Shown: positions 47,704 through 58,207, numbered from the stretch's first letter. The stretch: 64,000 bases of DNA from an uncultured Dehalococcoidia bacterium (GCA_937975645.1 CALJTV010000009.1:24850-88849), one strand, 5' to 3'. The notes: generated by a model not told the origin, from the sequence alone. Numbers and translations are program-made.

Positions 47704-48063
47704 ATGCGAGGACTGGGGGCTCTGAAGACCAGAGCCCAATATTCTTTAATATATAGTTCGGGTAGGACCTGGGTAAATGACCTCGTGGTAATGAAGGCTT
47801 TACCTAACCAACTTGGTGCTACCAGGCTGGGGTTCTCGGTAGGCAAGAAGATTGGCAATGCAGTGGTGCGCAACAGGGTACGCCGCCTGATGAAAGAGAG
47901 TGTGCGTACGTTACATATAAAGCCTGGGTGGGATATAGTGTTTATCGCCCGGACAGGAGCAACTAGTGCTGATTATCACAAGCTGAAGGAAGCGATCGGC
48001 GGGATTTTGAAGGAAGCCCGGTTAGTGGACGAGAATGAGACAGCTAGCGTTATGGCTGATTAG
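47704..48063 (+). CDS. rnpA: ribonuclease P protein component
   Basis: Basic protein of 119 aa with the conserved RNase P protein block (NRVRRLMKE), directly after rpmH. Confidence 0.8.
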   Translation: MRGLGALKTRAQYSLIYSSGRTWVNDLVVMKALPNQLGATRLGFSVGKKIGNAVVRNRVRRLMKESVRTLHIKPGWDIVFIARTGATSADYHKLKEAIGGILKEARLVDENETASVMAD

Positions 48064-48244
48064 GTTCTATCAGCTGACAATATCGCGGGTCACCCCATCT
48101 TTTTGCCGTTTTGTTCCCACCTGCTCCCAGTATGCCTATGAGGCTATATGGAAGTATGGCTTGGTCAAAGGTGCCTGGTTTGCTGTAAAGCGTATATCGC
48201 GTTGCCACCCTTGGTCAGAGGGTGGCTATGACCCTGTGCCCTGA
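48035..48244 (+). CDS. yidD: membrane protein insertion efficiency factor YidD
   Basis: Contains [35 protein letters not shown]. Confidence 0.8.
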   Translation: MRQLALWLIRFYQLTISRVTPSFCRFVPTCSQYAYEAIWKYGLVKGAWFAVKRISRCHPWSEGGYDPVP

Positions 48245-48278
48245 TGGGCGCTTTAATTTATGCTTGGGTGTACTGTTG

Positions 48279-49490
48279 ATGTTTAGTCTTTCAAATCTTC
48301 CAAAACTGATCAGAATGGTGATCCTACTGGTTGTTGTCCCAGTAATAGTGTCTGTCGCTGGCTGTGCCAGTCCAGAGTGGCAAGGTTGGTCTGGCGTTGC
48401 TTATTATGAAGGGACCCTTTTTGTCGGTTCTACAGATGGTAAACTGTTGGCAATGAACCCGTCTGCGCGCAGCGGGGATCTGTCATTTCCCGCTGCTGAT
48501 GAATGGGTATTTCCGATTCCCACTTTCGGGTTGGCAAGGCCGGTTTGTGGGCCTGCTTGTGCTTCACCATCACCGGTGGTTAATATCTACGCTACACCGC
48601 GGATAGCAGACGACCTGGTCTATATCGCTACTTACTCCGGTGAGAGTGGCAGAATATTAGCAGTTAACAGGGTTGCTCCCGGCTATACCGAAGGTGCACC
48701 CATGAGATCTAAAGGAGAGTGGGTCTATCCCAGTGTTCTGGAGTCGATAGGTGCTATCGTGGGCAGCCCAGTGCTGTACGATGGTATGCTGTTCTTTGGT
48801 AGTTCTGATGGTAAAGTTTATGCCCTAGATGCTACATACGGTGAGAAAAAATGGGTATATGACACCGGTGGGAAAATATGGACATCACCAGCAATTGCAG
48901 ATAGCGTATTATACGTCAGCAATTACGAGCGTAGGCTTTGTGCCCTATCTATCCAGGACGGCACGTTGCTGTGGCAGAAGGAGTTCCCCGCCTCAATTGC
49001 CTCATCGCCAGTGGTCTCGAATGGCAAGTTGTTTTTTGGCACATTTGACCACTATTTCTATGCTCTGGATGCAACAAGTGGCGATGTGAAGTGGAGGTTC
49101 AAAGGAGGAGGTTGGTTCTGGGCCACGCCGGTCGTTAAAGACGGAGTTGTCTACGCGGGTTGCCTGAACGGGAAGGTCTACGCTCTGAAGGCTGACACAG
49201 ATGTAGTTGCGGGTGAGAAGTTGTGGGAGTTCTCTGCTGATGCCCCGATAATAGCTGGCCCTGTTTTGACTGCTGGCGGGCTTGCAGTAGCTTCGAAATC
49301 GGGGAAAATATATGTGCTTAGAGTTGAAGATGGTGATCTAGTTAGAACCGTCGCTATTGGTTCTCAAATCGTAGCACCTTTGTGTGCGGTTGGAGACATG
49401 ATTTATATACATGCCAGAGACAGGTGTATCTATGGTGTCAACATAGAGCTGGGTGAAGTGGTCTGGAAATTCTCAACGCTTATCAAGTAG
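48279..49490 (+). CDS. PQQ-like (BamB-type) beta-propeller repeat lipoprotein inserted between yidD and yidC
   Basis: Signal peptide and lipobox (VSVAGCAS), then repeated G-x-L/V-Y-A-L/F-D/N-A-x-x-G...W motifs (GKVYALDATYGEKKW; YFYALDATSGDVKW; GKVYALKAD). The start is uncertain (48222, 48279 or 48315 possible). Confidence 0.7.
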   Translation: MFSLSNLPKLIRMVILLVVVPVIVSVAGCASPEWQGWSGVAYYEGTLFVGSTDGKLLAMNPSARSGDLSFPAADEWVFPIPTFGLARPVCGPACASPSPVVNIYATPRIADDLVYIATYSGESGRILAVNRVAPGYTEGAPMRSKGEWVYPSVLESIGAIVGSPVLYDGMLFFGSSDGKVYALDATYGEKKWVYDTGGKIWTSPAIADSVLYVSNYERRLCALSIQDGTLLWQKEFPASIASSPVVSNGKLFFGTFDHYFYALDATSGDVKWRFKGGGWFWATPVVKDGVVYAGCLNGKVYALKADTDVVAGEKLWEFSADAPIIAGPVLTAGGLAVASKSGKIYVLRVEDGDLVRTVAIGSQIVAPLCAVGDMIYIHARDRCIYGVNIELGEVVWKFSTLIK

Positions 49491-49498
49491 GATCAGTC

Positions 49499-50359
49499 AT
49501 GGCTGAGTTATGGAATACTTTAATCCTCGAGCCAATATTAAATAGCCTGATTGCGTTATGTTCTATTCTAGGTGGCAATTTCGGGTTAGCCATCATTGTT
49601 TTCACTGTAGTCGTCCGTATGGCATTGTTGCCGCTTACTCTGCGCCAGACTAGGTCGACAAAGGCAATGCAGGAATTGCAACCCAAGCTTCAGGAGCTGC
49701 AGAAAAAATATGCTAAAGACCAGCAGAAGTTGCAGCAAGAAATGGTAAAGCTATATCGGGAAGCTGGTGTAAATCCCCTGGGTTGCTTGTGGCCATTGCT
49801 TATTCAGCTTCCTATTTGGATCGCCTTATATCAATCAATAATGCAGGCGCTGGCAGCCACTCCGGAGAATCTATTGAACCTCGCTCAGCACCTTTATTCC
49901 TGGGAACCGATAGTGCGTGCTATACCCCTAGACGAAAAATTCCTGTGGCTTCGGCTGTCCAAGCCCGATCCTAATCTGATACTGGCCTTGCTTGTGGGGG
50001 CGACAATGTGGGTACAGCAGAAAATGGTGACACCGCCTGCTGCCGACCCCCGCCAGCAGTCTGTGAACAGTATGACGCTAATGATGATGCCCCTGATGTT
50101 TGCTCTTTTCACCCTTTCTTTCCCTAGCGGGCTAGCATTGTACTGGGTGGTCTCGAACGTGGTGGGGATAGTCATCCAGTATTTTATTGGTGGGGGTTGG
50201 GGCTACTTGCGCAGGTCGTCTCTTAGTGATAAGCCAGTCCCAAGCCGTGATGTCACTGTGACGAAGTCACCATCGAAAGTGCTGAAGAAGGGGACTGAAG
50301 AATCTAAAGTTGTGAGCAAAGCAACTGAAACCAGAAAAAAGGGGTTCTTTCAGAGATGA
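49499..50359 (+). CDS. yidC: membrane protein insertase YidC (short, Gram-positive/Oxa1-like form)
   Basis: 286 aa with five TM segments and conserved blocks (PLTLRQ...MQELQPKLQELQKKY...GCLWPLLIQLPIW). Confidence 0.9.
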   Translation: MAELWNTLILEPILNSLIALCSILGGNFGLAIIVFTVVVRMALLPLTLRQTRSTKAMQELQPKLQELQKKYAKDQQKLQQEMVKLYREAGVNPLGCLWPLLIQLPIWIALYQSIMQALAATPENLLNLAQHLYSWEPIVRAIPLDEKFLWLRLSKPDPNLILALLVGATMWVQQKMVTPPAADPRQQSVNSMTLMMMPLMFALFTLSFPSGLALYWVVSNVVGIVIQYFIGGGWGYLRRSSLSDKPVPSRDVTVTKSPSKVLKKGTEESKVVSKATETRKKGFFQR

Positions 50360-51003
50360 AAGAGCTAGAGGTTGGTGGTAGAACCGTTGAGGAAGCTGTT
50401 CGCAAGGCATTGGAGCAACTAGGAGTTGGGGAGGATGAAGTTGAGGTCATTGTTCTGAAAAAGGGTAGAGCTGGTCTTTTAGGCGTTGGCGCAGAAGAGG
50501 CTAGGGTAAAGGTTAAGTTGCTGCGACAACAACCTGAACGGGTAGATATATCCACTCTCGCTAGAGACGTCCTGACCAGTCTTCTTAAGTACATGGATAT
50601 AAAAGCGGAAGTTACTGTGGTATCTCCGGCTGGTGGTGATTTGCCCATAAGCCTCGATATTGACGGTGACGACCTTGGTGTATTGATAGGGCGTCGAGGT
50701 CAGACGCTCGCCAGCTTACAATATCTAGTCAGGCTTATTGTTTCTGAGAAACTCAAAATCTGGGTGCCAATCAATGTTGACGTCGCTGGCTATAAAAAGC
50801 GCCGCTATGAGTCGCTGCGTAGTCTGGCTCTTCGTTTGGCTGAGCAGGTAAAACGGGGACGGCGAGTTATAACCTTGGAGCCAATGCCTGCAGATGAACG
50901 GCGTGTGATCCATCTTGCTCTCGCTAATCATCCTGATGTCACCACCCAGAGCATGGGTGAGGGTGAAGAACGAAAGGTGGCTATTTTCCCGAAGAAGCGC
51001 TGA
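50356..51003 (+). CDS. jag: RNA-binding protein Jag/KhpB (Jag-N, KH, R3H)
   Basis: N-terminal Jag_N domain, KH-like block (GRRGQTLASLQYLV) and C-terminal R3H block (MPADERRVIHLAL). It overlaps the yidC stop. Confidence 0.85.
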   Translation: MKELEVGGRTVEEAVRKALEQLGVGEDEVEVIVLKKGRAGLLGVGAEEARVKVKLLRQQPERVDISTLARDVLTSLLKYMDIKAEVTVVSPAGGDLPISLDIDGDDLGVLIGRRGQTLASLQYLVRLIVSEKLKIWVPINVDVAGYKKRRYESLRSLALRLAEQVKRGRRVITLEPMPADERRVIHLALANHPDVTTQSMGEGEERKVAIFPKKR

Positions 51004-51005
51004 AG

Positions 51006-54000
51006 ATGTTCCGCCCAGTAAGTAGCAAAGCAAACTTCGCACAACTGGAAAGTAGCATCCTCGGGTTCTGGCGGGACCGCCAAATTTTTGAAAAAAGCCT
51101 ACTTATCAGAGAAGGCTGCCCTCAGTTTACCTTGTATGAGGGGCCACCGACTGCCAACGGTAGACCGGGAATTCATCATGTACTGTCCCGCGTGTTCAAA
51201 GATGTCATTCCTAGATACAAGACGATGAAGGGTTACTATGCGCCCCGCAAGGGTGGGTGGGATACCCACGGTCTGCCTGTGGAGCTGGAGGTGGAAAAAG
51301 CCCTTGGCTTTACCAGTAAAGCGCAGATTGAAGATTTTGGTGTGGCGGAGTTCAACAAGCTCTGTCGTGAAAGTGTGTTCAGCTATATTGATGACTGGGA
51401 GGCTCTCACTGAGCGCATTGGCTTCTGGCTCGACCTGAAGAATGCTTATAAAACCCTTGACAATGGCTATATTGAGTCCTGCTGGTGGGCGTTGAAGCAA
51501 CTGTGGGACAAGGGTCTAATCTACCAGGGGTACAGGGTGACCCCACATTGTCCTAGATGCGGCACCTCTTTGAGCTCGCATGAGGTGGCACTGGGCTACA
51601 GGGACGATGCCGATGACCCCTCTGTTTACATAAAGTTTAGACTCATTCGTGGCTCGAAAGTCTGCGGTAAAGGGCTACCCTCCCAGTTGAGTGATATCCC
51701 CGCAGACAAGCCTGTCTTTTTCCTTGTCTGGACAACGACACCATGGACACTGCCAGGCAACACTGCTTTGGCTGTGGCTTCGGGTGCCAAATACGGTCTA
51801 TTTAGCAACGGGACTGAATATCTCATTGTGGCTGAAGCTCTGGCACCCAAAGTCGGGCTTGAGGGGTATGAAATGAAGGGAAGCGTTTCAGGCGCTGAGC
51901 TTGTAGGGCTGTATTATGAGCCTCTTTTTAACCCACACCATTTTGGCGTGGAGAGGCGGCGCTTTAATGTTCAAGGTGCTGAAGAGTCTTTCTCGTATGA
52001 AATACTCAGTCTGCAGCAGGTGGAGGGGGACCTGGCATACTGGGTGATCTCCGGTGATTTTGTGTCTTTAGATGAAGGTACAGGGATAGTCCATATTGCC
52101 CCGGCGTTTGGAGAGGTCGATTTTGAAGCTGGTAAGGAAAACGGGCTGGACTTTGTACAACCGGTGGATCTTGATGGGCGTGTCACAGGCACGTACCCGT
52201 TTTCGGGTAAGTTTGTTAAAGAGGCTGACCCTCTGGTGCTCGAGAACCTCAAGTCGCGCCATCTGCTTTATCGCAGCGAGCGCATAGTACATACCTATCC
52301 ATTCTGCTGGCGGTGCGAGTCGCCTCTCCTTTACTATGCCAAAAGGAGCTGGTATATCAGGACCTCGGCAAGGAAGACTGCTCTGATTGAAAGGAATGAA
52401 GAGATCAACTGGTACCCCGAATATATAAAGCACGGGCGTTTCGGTAACTGGCTGGAAAGTAACGTAGACTGGGCATTTTCACGCGAGCGCTACTGGGGGA
52501 CACCGCTGAATATCTGGAGTTGTGAGAGCTGCGGAAAGTATGAATGTATTGGCAGCGTTGCTGAACTCCAAGGTAAGCCAGGTATAAACGGAATCACAGA
52601 GCCGCTGGATTTACACCGTCCCTATGTTGACAACATCACTTTTTCCTGCAGCCAGTGCAGTGGTAGGATGAGTAGGCTGAACGAGGTTATCGATTGCTGG
52701 TTTGACTCCGGAGCCATGCCTTTTGCTCAGTGGCACTATCCTTTTGAAAACCAAGATATCTTCGCACGAAGTTTTCCAGCTGACTATATCTGTGAAGCGG
52801 TTGACCAGACGCGAGGATGGTTTTATAGTCTGCACGCAATATCCACTTTGCTTTTCGACCGACCCAGTTTTAGGAATGTCATCTGTTTGGGACATATTCT
52901 CGATGCACAGGGAGAGAAGATGAGCAAGGCCAAGGGCAACGTGGTCGACCCTTGGTCTGTGCTCAATAGCTATAGCGCTGATGCCTTGCGCTGGTATTTG
53001 TTCACGTCGTCTCCCCCCGGCAACGTTCGCCGGTTTTCCAGCGATGCGGTGGCTGAGGTGCTGCGCAATTTTTTGCTTACTCTGTGGAACACATACTCTT
53101 TCTTCATCATGTATGCCAACATAGACCGCTTTGACCCGACAGCAAGGTCAGAGGTGTCGTTGTCTGACTTAGACAGGTGGATACTATCCCGACTCAACCA
53201 GCTAATTGCCGAGGTCGACACTGCTTTAGATCACTATGACCCCACAACTGCTGCCCGGAAGATCGAAGTTTTCGTCGACGAGCTTTCTAATTGGTATGTA
53301 AGGCGGAGCAGACGTCGCTTTTGGAAGAGCCAGAATGATGCTGATAAACAGGCTGCTTATACGACCCTATATCGGTGTTTGACTACTTTGTGCAAACTGC
53401 TGGCTCCGTTTGTCCCCTTTGTCGCCGAGGAAATATATCAGAACTTGGTGCGGTCTGTTGATCATGAGGCACCGGAAAGCGTGCACTTGACCGACTTTCC
53501 TGTGGCGCAGGCCACTGAGATCGAAGAAGACCTGATCGAAGCCACTCGTCTCGCTATGCTTATTTGCAGCTTGGGGCGTGCTGCCAGAGCCAAGGCTGGG
53601 ATAAAGGTGCGGCAGCCGCTTGCCAAGGTGGTAGTTGGCGTGAGCTCGGAAGCTGATAGGAAACGCATAACAAAATTGTGCAGCCAGATTCTCGATGAGT
53701 TGAACGTCAAGGAATTGGAGTTTTCCTCTCAGGCGGAAACCTTCAGAGATAGGGACGACTTCTCTTTGGCGGCAGAAGGGGACTATTGGGTTGCGGTGGC
53801 TACTCAGCTCTCCCCTGAGCTGGAGGCTGAAGGTATGGCTAGGGAGGTGGTACGGCGCCTACAGACAATGCGACGCTCGGCTGGGTTCGAGGTCACCGAT
53901 TCCATAGTTGTGTACTATCAGGGCGACGATTTTGTTCAGGATGTGGTGAACAGGTTTGCTCAGTATATTAAACAGGAAACGCTTTCCAAGAGACTGGTTA

Positions 54001-54089
54001 AAGATATGCCACCTCTTGACAGCTATAGGGAAAGACACCGCATTTCTGGGCATGAAGTTCTCCTCGGCATAGCACGCCACACGCAATAA
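51006..54089 (+). CDS. ileS: isoleucyl-tRNA synthetase (type 2, about 1027 aa)
   Basis: Class I HIGH-region (PPTANGRPGIHHV), IleS-specific WTTTPWTLPGN editing-domain motif and KMSKAKGN. Confidence 0.9.
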   Translation: MFRPVSSKANFAQLESSILGFWRDRQIFEKSLLIREGCPQFTLYEGPPTANGRPGIHHVLSRVFKDVIPRYKTMKGYYAPRKGGWDTHGLPVELEVEKALGFTSKAQIEDFGVAEFNKLCRESVFSYIDDWEALTERIGFWLDLKNAYKTLDNGYIESCWWALKQLWDKGLIYQGYRVTPHCPRCGTSLSSHEVALGYRDDADDPSVYIKFRLIRGSKVCGKGLPSQLSDIPADKPVFFLVWTTTPWTLPGNTALAVASGAKYGLFSNGTEYLIVAEALAPKVGLEGYEMKGSVSGAELVGLYYEPLFNPHHFGVERRRFNVQGAEESFSYEILSLQQVEGDLAYWVISGDFVSLDEGTGIVHIAPAFGEVDFEAGKENGLDFVQPVDLDGRVTGTYPFSGKFVKEADPLVLENLKSRHLLYRSERIVHTYPFCWRCESPLLYYAKRSWYIRTSARKTALIERNEEINWYPEYIKHGRFGNWLESNVDWAFSRERYWGTPLNIWSCESCGKYECIGSVAELQGKPGINGITEPLDLHRPYVDNITFSCSQCSGRMSRLNEVIDCWFDSGAMPFAQWHYPFENQDIFARSFPADYICEAVDQTRGWFYSLHAISTLLFDRPSFRNVICLGHILDAQGEKMSKAKGNVVDPWSVLNSYSADALRWYLFTSSPPGNVRRFSSDAVAEVLRNFLLTLWNTYSFFIMYANIDRFDPTARSEVSLSDLDRWILSRLNQLIAEVDTALDHYDPTTAARKIEVFVDELSNWYVRRSRRRFWKSQNDADKQAAYTTLYRCLTTLCKLLAPFVPFVAEEIYQNLVRSVDHEAPESVHLTDFPVAQATEIEEDLIEATRLAMLICSLGRAARAKAGIKVRQPLAKVVVGVSSEADRKRITKLCSQILDELNVKELEFSSQAETFRDRDDFSLAAEGDYWVAVATQLSPELEAEGMAREVVRRLQTMRRSAGFEVTDSIVVYYQGDDFVQDVVNRFAQYIKQETLSKRLVKDMPPLDSYRERHRISGHEVLLGIARHTQ

Positions 54090-54098
54090 CCACGTGGT

Positions 54099-55253
54099 CT
54101 AACGTCTGGTGGGTGGGCTCTGGGCTAAACGGGCATGCACAGTCTGTCTTTCGTTGCCTCTGACAAAGGTTATTTCAACATCCTCGCCGACTTTCGACGA
54201 ACGTATTGCTTCGACAACTTCCTGGGCTGTGACTACATCTTTGCCTTTAAAACGGATGATGACATCAAGCTGGCGCAGTCCCGCCTTTTCAGCTGGACTA
54301 CCGGGCGCTACGTATGTGATAACTACTCCTTTGTCCACCGGCAATCGGTTTGCCATGGCAATATAGCGGTCTACTGTATACAGACTCACCCCGAGCCAAG
54401 GGCGAATAACGTACCCTTGCCTGATAAGCTGTTCAATTATGGGCATAGCAGCATTGGTGCTTATGGCATAGCCCATGCCCTCCACGCCGACTCCAGATAT
54501 CTTGGCACTGGTGATCCCTACTACTTCTCCTTTCATGTTGACCAGGGGACCACCGCTATTGCCAGGATTAATGGCTGCGGAGGTCTCTATAAGGTCGTCA
54601 AGCGTTTGCCCTCGGTCGACCTCTAGAGAGACCTTCAGCCCACTAACTGTCCCCTCTTTGGCTCTTATTCCTTTTCCCAGCGGGTTGCCAATGGCTACCA
54701 CCCAATCACCCACCCGGAGTTTTGTGGAATCGCCCACGGTGGCTACAGGCAAGTTGGAGGCATTGATCTTGACCACTGCCAGATCGGTAAGTGGATCTGT
54801 GTATATGTTGCTCGGGTCTGTTTCAAAAATCCTGCCATCATACAGTTCTACGGTGACCTTCTTAGCCCCCTCAACCACGTGGTTGTTGGTGACGATGATA
54901 CCGTTGCTGTCTATTATCCATCCTGAGCCAGCGCCTGATTGGCTCCGTGGTGTCAGAAATATGTCTAAGGTTACGACCTCAGTGGTTATAGCTACCACTG
55001 AAGGGTAGACTTTTTCTACCACATCGGCGATGCTCGGCAGTGCTGGCGATTCCTCCCTTGGTCGCGGCAATGACCAAGATGGGTTCAGCCCTCTTCCAAC
55101 CACTTCGTACTCTGCCTCTGGCGTTTGTGGCTGGGATGGTGCTGGTAAGGAAGGGACTGGTGAAAGACAACTCCATAAGCTGGCTAGAAGGCACAAAGCC
55201 ACCAGCGCTAGAGCGCAGTGTTTTATCTTAACGAAAATATAATACTGCTGCAT
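54099..55253 (-). CDS. htrA: HtrA/DegP-family serine protease (trypsin domain and PDZ)
   Basis: Contains the GNSGGPLVN active-site block and a C-terminal PDZ domain. N-terminal TM/signal segment present. Confidence 0.9.
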   Translation of the reverse strand: MQQYYIFVKIKHCALALVALCLLASLWSCLSPVPSLPAPSQPQTPEAEYEVVGRGLNPSWSLPRPREESPALPSIADVVEKVYPSVVAITTEVVTLDIFLTPRSQSGAGSGWIIDSNGIIVTNNHVVEGAKKVTVELYDGRIFETDPSNIYTDPLTDLAVVKINASNLPVATVGDSTKLRVGDWVVAIGNPLGKGIRAKEGTVSGLKVSLEVDRGQTLDDLIETSAAINPGNSGGPLVNMKGEVVGITSAKISGVGVEGMGYAISTNAAMPIIEQLIRQGYVIRPWLGVSLYTVDRYIAMANRLPVDKGVVITYVAPGSPAEKAGLRQLDVIIRFKGKDVVTAQEVVEAIRSSKVGEDVEITFVRGNERQTVHARLAQSPPTRR

Positions 55254-55436
55254 ATCAGGTCATTAGCTCCTTAACGCAAAATTTTATCATAAAAGCTGGA
55301 GATGCCAAAGCTCTGATTGGGATCAATTTGCCTTCGGGTTGTGGAGTTGCTGTTTACCGTCAGCGATTGAAATATAATAGTCTGAGGTAAGGTCGCTTTC
55401 AGAGACTCTGCCCTTTGGTCTCTCCTGTGAGGGCTG

Positions 55437-56207
55437 CTACTTCCCTTTGAACGCAGGCCTCCTTTTTTCTATGGCTGCCCTGCATCCCTCCTCGAAGTCC
55501 TCTGTGGTTAGCAGAGAATCGTTCAATTGCCTCTCTAAGGCAATGCCATCTTCCAAAGTAACCTCTATGCCTTGCAGGATGGCTTGTTTAGCTGCGCGTA
55601 CCGCTAGAGGGGCTGGCTTGCATAGCAGCTCCGCCAGTTGTCTGGCTGCAGACATCAACTGTGGTAGGGGCACAACCCGGTTGACCAACCCCACGCGATA
55701 AGCCTCCTGAGCGTTGATGGGACGACCTGTGAGCAGCATCTCTTCTGCTTTAGCTAACGGGATAGCTCTAGGTAGTCTTTGTGTCCCTCCCCAGCCCGGT
55801 ATCAGCCCGAGTGTCACCTCCGGCATACCAAAGGTGGCATTTTCGGAGGCTATGCGCAGGTCACAGGCAAGAGCCAGTTCCAGTCCTCCACCGAGGCAAG
55901 CGCCATTTATAGCGGCGATCAGTGGTTTCCATGTGGTTAGCCCGCACATTATGGTTGGCGGTTCCGGTAGTTTTTGTACCCTTGCCTTTTTCATCTCAGG
56001 TAGCATCGTTTCTATATCAGCCCCGATGGAAAAAGCTTTTTCTCCCGCCCCGGTAATGATGCCGACCATAAGCTGCTCGTCGTCCCTAAAGTCCACGAAT
56101 GCTTCACTTAGCTGGCGGAGCATCTCCGGAGTAATCGCATTCAACGCTTCGGGGCGATTCAAAATGATGGTGGCGATTTTACCTTCCTTTACATAATCAA
56201 TGCCCAC
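55437..56207 (-). CDS. enoyl-CoA hydratase/isomerase (crotonase) family protein
   Basis: Crotonase fold (IILNRPEALNA...GAGEKAFSIGADI...GLELALACDLRIA). The ORF extends to 56240; the start was trimmed to the GTG at 56207 to reduce overlap with fabD. Confidence 0.8.
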   Translation of the reverse strand: MGIDYVKEGKIATIILNRPEALNAITPEMLRQLSEAFVDFRDDEQLMVGIITGAGEKAFSIGADIETMLPEMKKARVQKLPEPPTIMCGLTTWKPLIAAINGACLGGGLELALACDLRIASENATFGMPEVTLGLIPGWGGTQRLPRAIPLAKAEEMLLTGRPINAQEAYRVGLVNRVVPLPQLMSAARQLAELLCKPAPLAVRAAKQAILQGIEVTLEDGIALERQLNDSLLTTEDFEEGCRAAIEKRRPAFKGK

Positions 56208-57168
56208 TGTTGCCTCCGTATTGCGTCTTTTCCAACACATCTGCCAGTCGGACTAGGTCTTCAAGGTTGCTGATATTGTATATTTGTGCAGAGGGGTCTA
56301 TGCGTCTCAGCAGTCCGGCGAGCACCTCACCTGGACCTATCTCGAAAAACAGGGTGGTACCGGCGTGCAATATGGTTCTGATGCAGTCAAGCCACCGTAC
56401 GCACTGTGTAAGCTGCTCTAATAGTTCTTGTCTTATTTCCGTTGCCCTAGTGAGTATTTTCCCGCTGGTGTTAGCCACTAGGGGGACTATAGGGTCATTT
56501 ATAGTAGTCTCCTGTATAGCGCGTTTTAGCCCTTCCGCCGCTCTAGTCATAAGCTTCGAGTGGAAAGCGCCGCTCACTTTAAGCGGGATCACCCGCCGGG
56601 CACCCATCGCTATAGCTAGTTCCTTGGCTTTAACTAATTTCTCCTCTGCCCCACTGATGACGATTTGTTCCGGGGAGTTGATGTTGGAAATTTCCACATC
56701 AGCAGCCTGGCAGACCTCCCTTACCGCCTGCTCGTCAAGGCTAAGTATTGCTAGCATTCCTCCAGGATATTGCTTACTGGCTTCATTCATCAGTTGTCCC
56801 CGCACCCGGACAAGACGCAAGGCGTCAGCGAAGCTGATCGAGCCGGCGGCAACCAAAGCAGTATATTCACCCAGGCTATGTCCGGAGACAAAGGCTGGCT
56901 GTAGTAGGGCCGTGCCGTACATTTCTTGGGTGGCTTTAAGGCAGGCGACGCTGACGGTCAATACTGCTGGCTGGACATTCTGCGTCTGAATAAGTTCGTC
57001 TTCAGGACCTTCAAAACACAGGCGGGACAATGGCAGACCAAGTATCTGGTCAGCTTCATCGAAGACCTCTCTAGCGGAGTCGCAGTTGAGCCAGAGGTCC
57101 TTTCCCATACCGACCCTTTGCGAACCCTGTCCAGGAAACAGGAAGGCCACCTTTGTGCTCAATCTCAT
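56197..57168 (-). CDS. fabD: malonyl CoA-acyl carrier protein transacylase
   Basis: Contains FLFPGQGSQ and GHSLGEYTALVAAG active-site motifs. Confidence 0.9.
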   Translation of the reverse strand: MRLSTKVAFLFPGQGSQRVGMGKDLWLNCDSAREVFDEADQILGLPLSRLCFEGPEDELIQTQNVQPAVLTVSVACLKATQEMYGTALLQPAFVSGHSLGEYTALVAAGSISFADALRLVRVRGQLMNEASKQYPGGMLAILSLDEQAVREVCQAADVEISNINSPEQIVISGAEEKLVKAKELAIAMGARRVIPLKVSGAFHSKLMTRAAEGLKRAIQETTINDPIVPLVANTSGKILTRATEIRQELLEQLTQCVRWLDCIRTILHAGTTLFFEIGPGEVLAGLLRRIDPSAQIYNISNLEDLVRLADVLEKTQYGGNSGH

Positions 57169-57171
57169 TTT

Positions 57172-58125
57172 CTAGCCTTCAGTCTTGAACCTGTACAGGC
57201 TCTTGATGATTTCTTCAGCTTCGGTCATTATAGACTCGATGATCTCTTTAACAGGTTTTATATCTTTTATCAGTCCGGCTATCTGTCCTGCCATGAGTGA
57301 GCCCTCCTCCACATTACCATCGATGATGCCTAATTTTAGCCTGCCTCTGCCAAATGCCTCCAGCTCCTCTACAGATACTCCGGCTTTCTCGCGTGCTCTG
57401 AACTCTCTGGTCAGTCTGTTTTCCAGACAGCGGACAGGGTGCCCGGTTGATTCGCCGGTGACCACAGTAGACCGGTCGGTTGCTTGGATGATCTGTTCCT
57501 TGAACTTGGGGTGAGCGATACATTCCTCGGAGCAGATGAAACGCGTTCCCATCTGGACACCCTGGGCACCCAGGGCAAGCGCTGCTACTAGACCATGCCC
57601 GTCGGCTATCCCACCAGCCGCGATGACCGGCAATTTCACGCTCTGTACTACCTGGGGCACCAAAGCCATAGTGGTCGTCTCGCCAATGTGCCCACCTGAC
57701 TCCATGCCTTCGGCGATTATGGCATCTGCTCCTACCCTTTCCAGACGTCGTGCCAGTGCCACACTGGAGACCACAGGCAGTGTTTTGGTTCGAGCTTCTT
57801 TCAGTGTGGGGATATATGGTCCGGGGTTACCGCCACCGAAGGTGACGATTTTCACCCCTTCCTCAATCACCACTTGGAGGTTTTCCTTCACAAACGGTGA
57901 CATCAACATAATGTTGACGCCGAAGGGGTGGTCTGTCCGCTCTCGAGTGGCCCTGATCTGCTCTCTCAGCCACTCAGGGGGTGCATCCCCACTGCCGATC
58001 ACCCCCAAGCCGCCAGCGTTGGATACCGCTGACACCAGTTCAAAGGTCCCTAGCCATGCCATCCCGCCTTGAATGATTGGATATTTGATGTCCAGCAACT
58101 CGCAGATGGCGAAGTTAGCTAACAT
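57172..58125 (-). CDS. fabK: enoyl-[acyl-carrier-protein] reductase FabK (FMN-dependent, nitronate monooxygenase fold)
   Basis: Contains PIIQGGMAWLG...GGLGVIG and other TIM-barrel flavoprotein motifs. It sits within the fab cluster. Confidence 0.85.
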   Translation of the reverse strand: MLANFAICELLDIKYPIIQGGMAWLGTFELVSAVSNAGGLGVIGSGDAPPEWLREQIRATRERTDHPFGVNIMLMSPFVKENLQVVIEEGVKIVTFGGGNPGPYIPTLKEARTKTLPVVSSVALARRLERVGADAIIAEGMESGGHIGETTTMALVPQVVQSVKLPVIAAGGIADGHGLVAALALGAQGVQMGTRFICSEECIAHPKFKEQIIQATDRSTVVTGESTGHPVRCLENRLTREFRAREKAGVSVEELEAFGRGRLKLGIIDGNVEEGSLMAGQIAGLIKDIKPVKEIIESIMTEAEEIIKSLYRFKTEG

Positions 58126-58207
58126 CGGTAACCTCCCTCAGGGCAGACCTTGGTCATTTCTACTGGACATTGTTCCAACGGGGCCTGCCCCAGTTTACTT
58201 ATCGCTG

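Noticed and set aside
54109-55242. Plus-strand ORFs inside htrA (54135..54626, 54475..55008 and others).
   Set aside because: They are antisense to a serine protease gene with a GNSGGP active site. They are spurious.
58170-58181. GGGGCAGGCCCC hairpin between fabK and fabF considered as a terminator.
   Set aside because: On the transcribed (minus) strand it is not followed by a U-tract, and the downstream fabK RBS is only about 30 nt away. It is probably just local structure, and the genes are co-transcribed.
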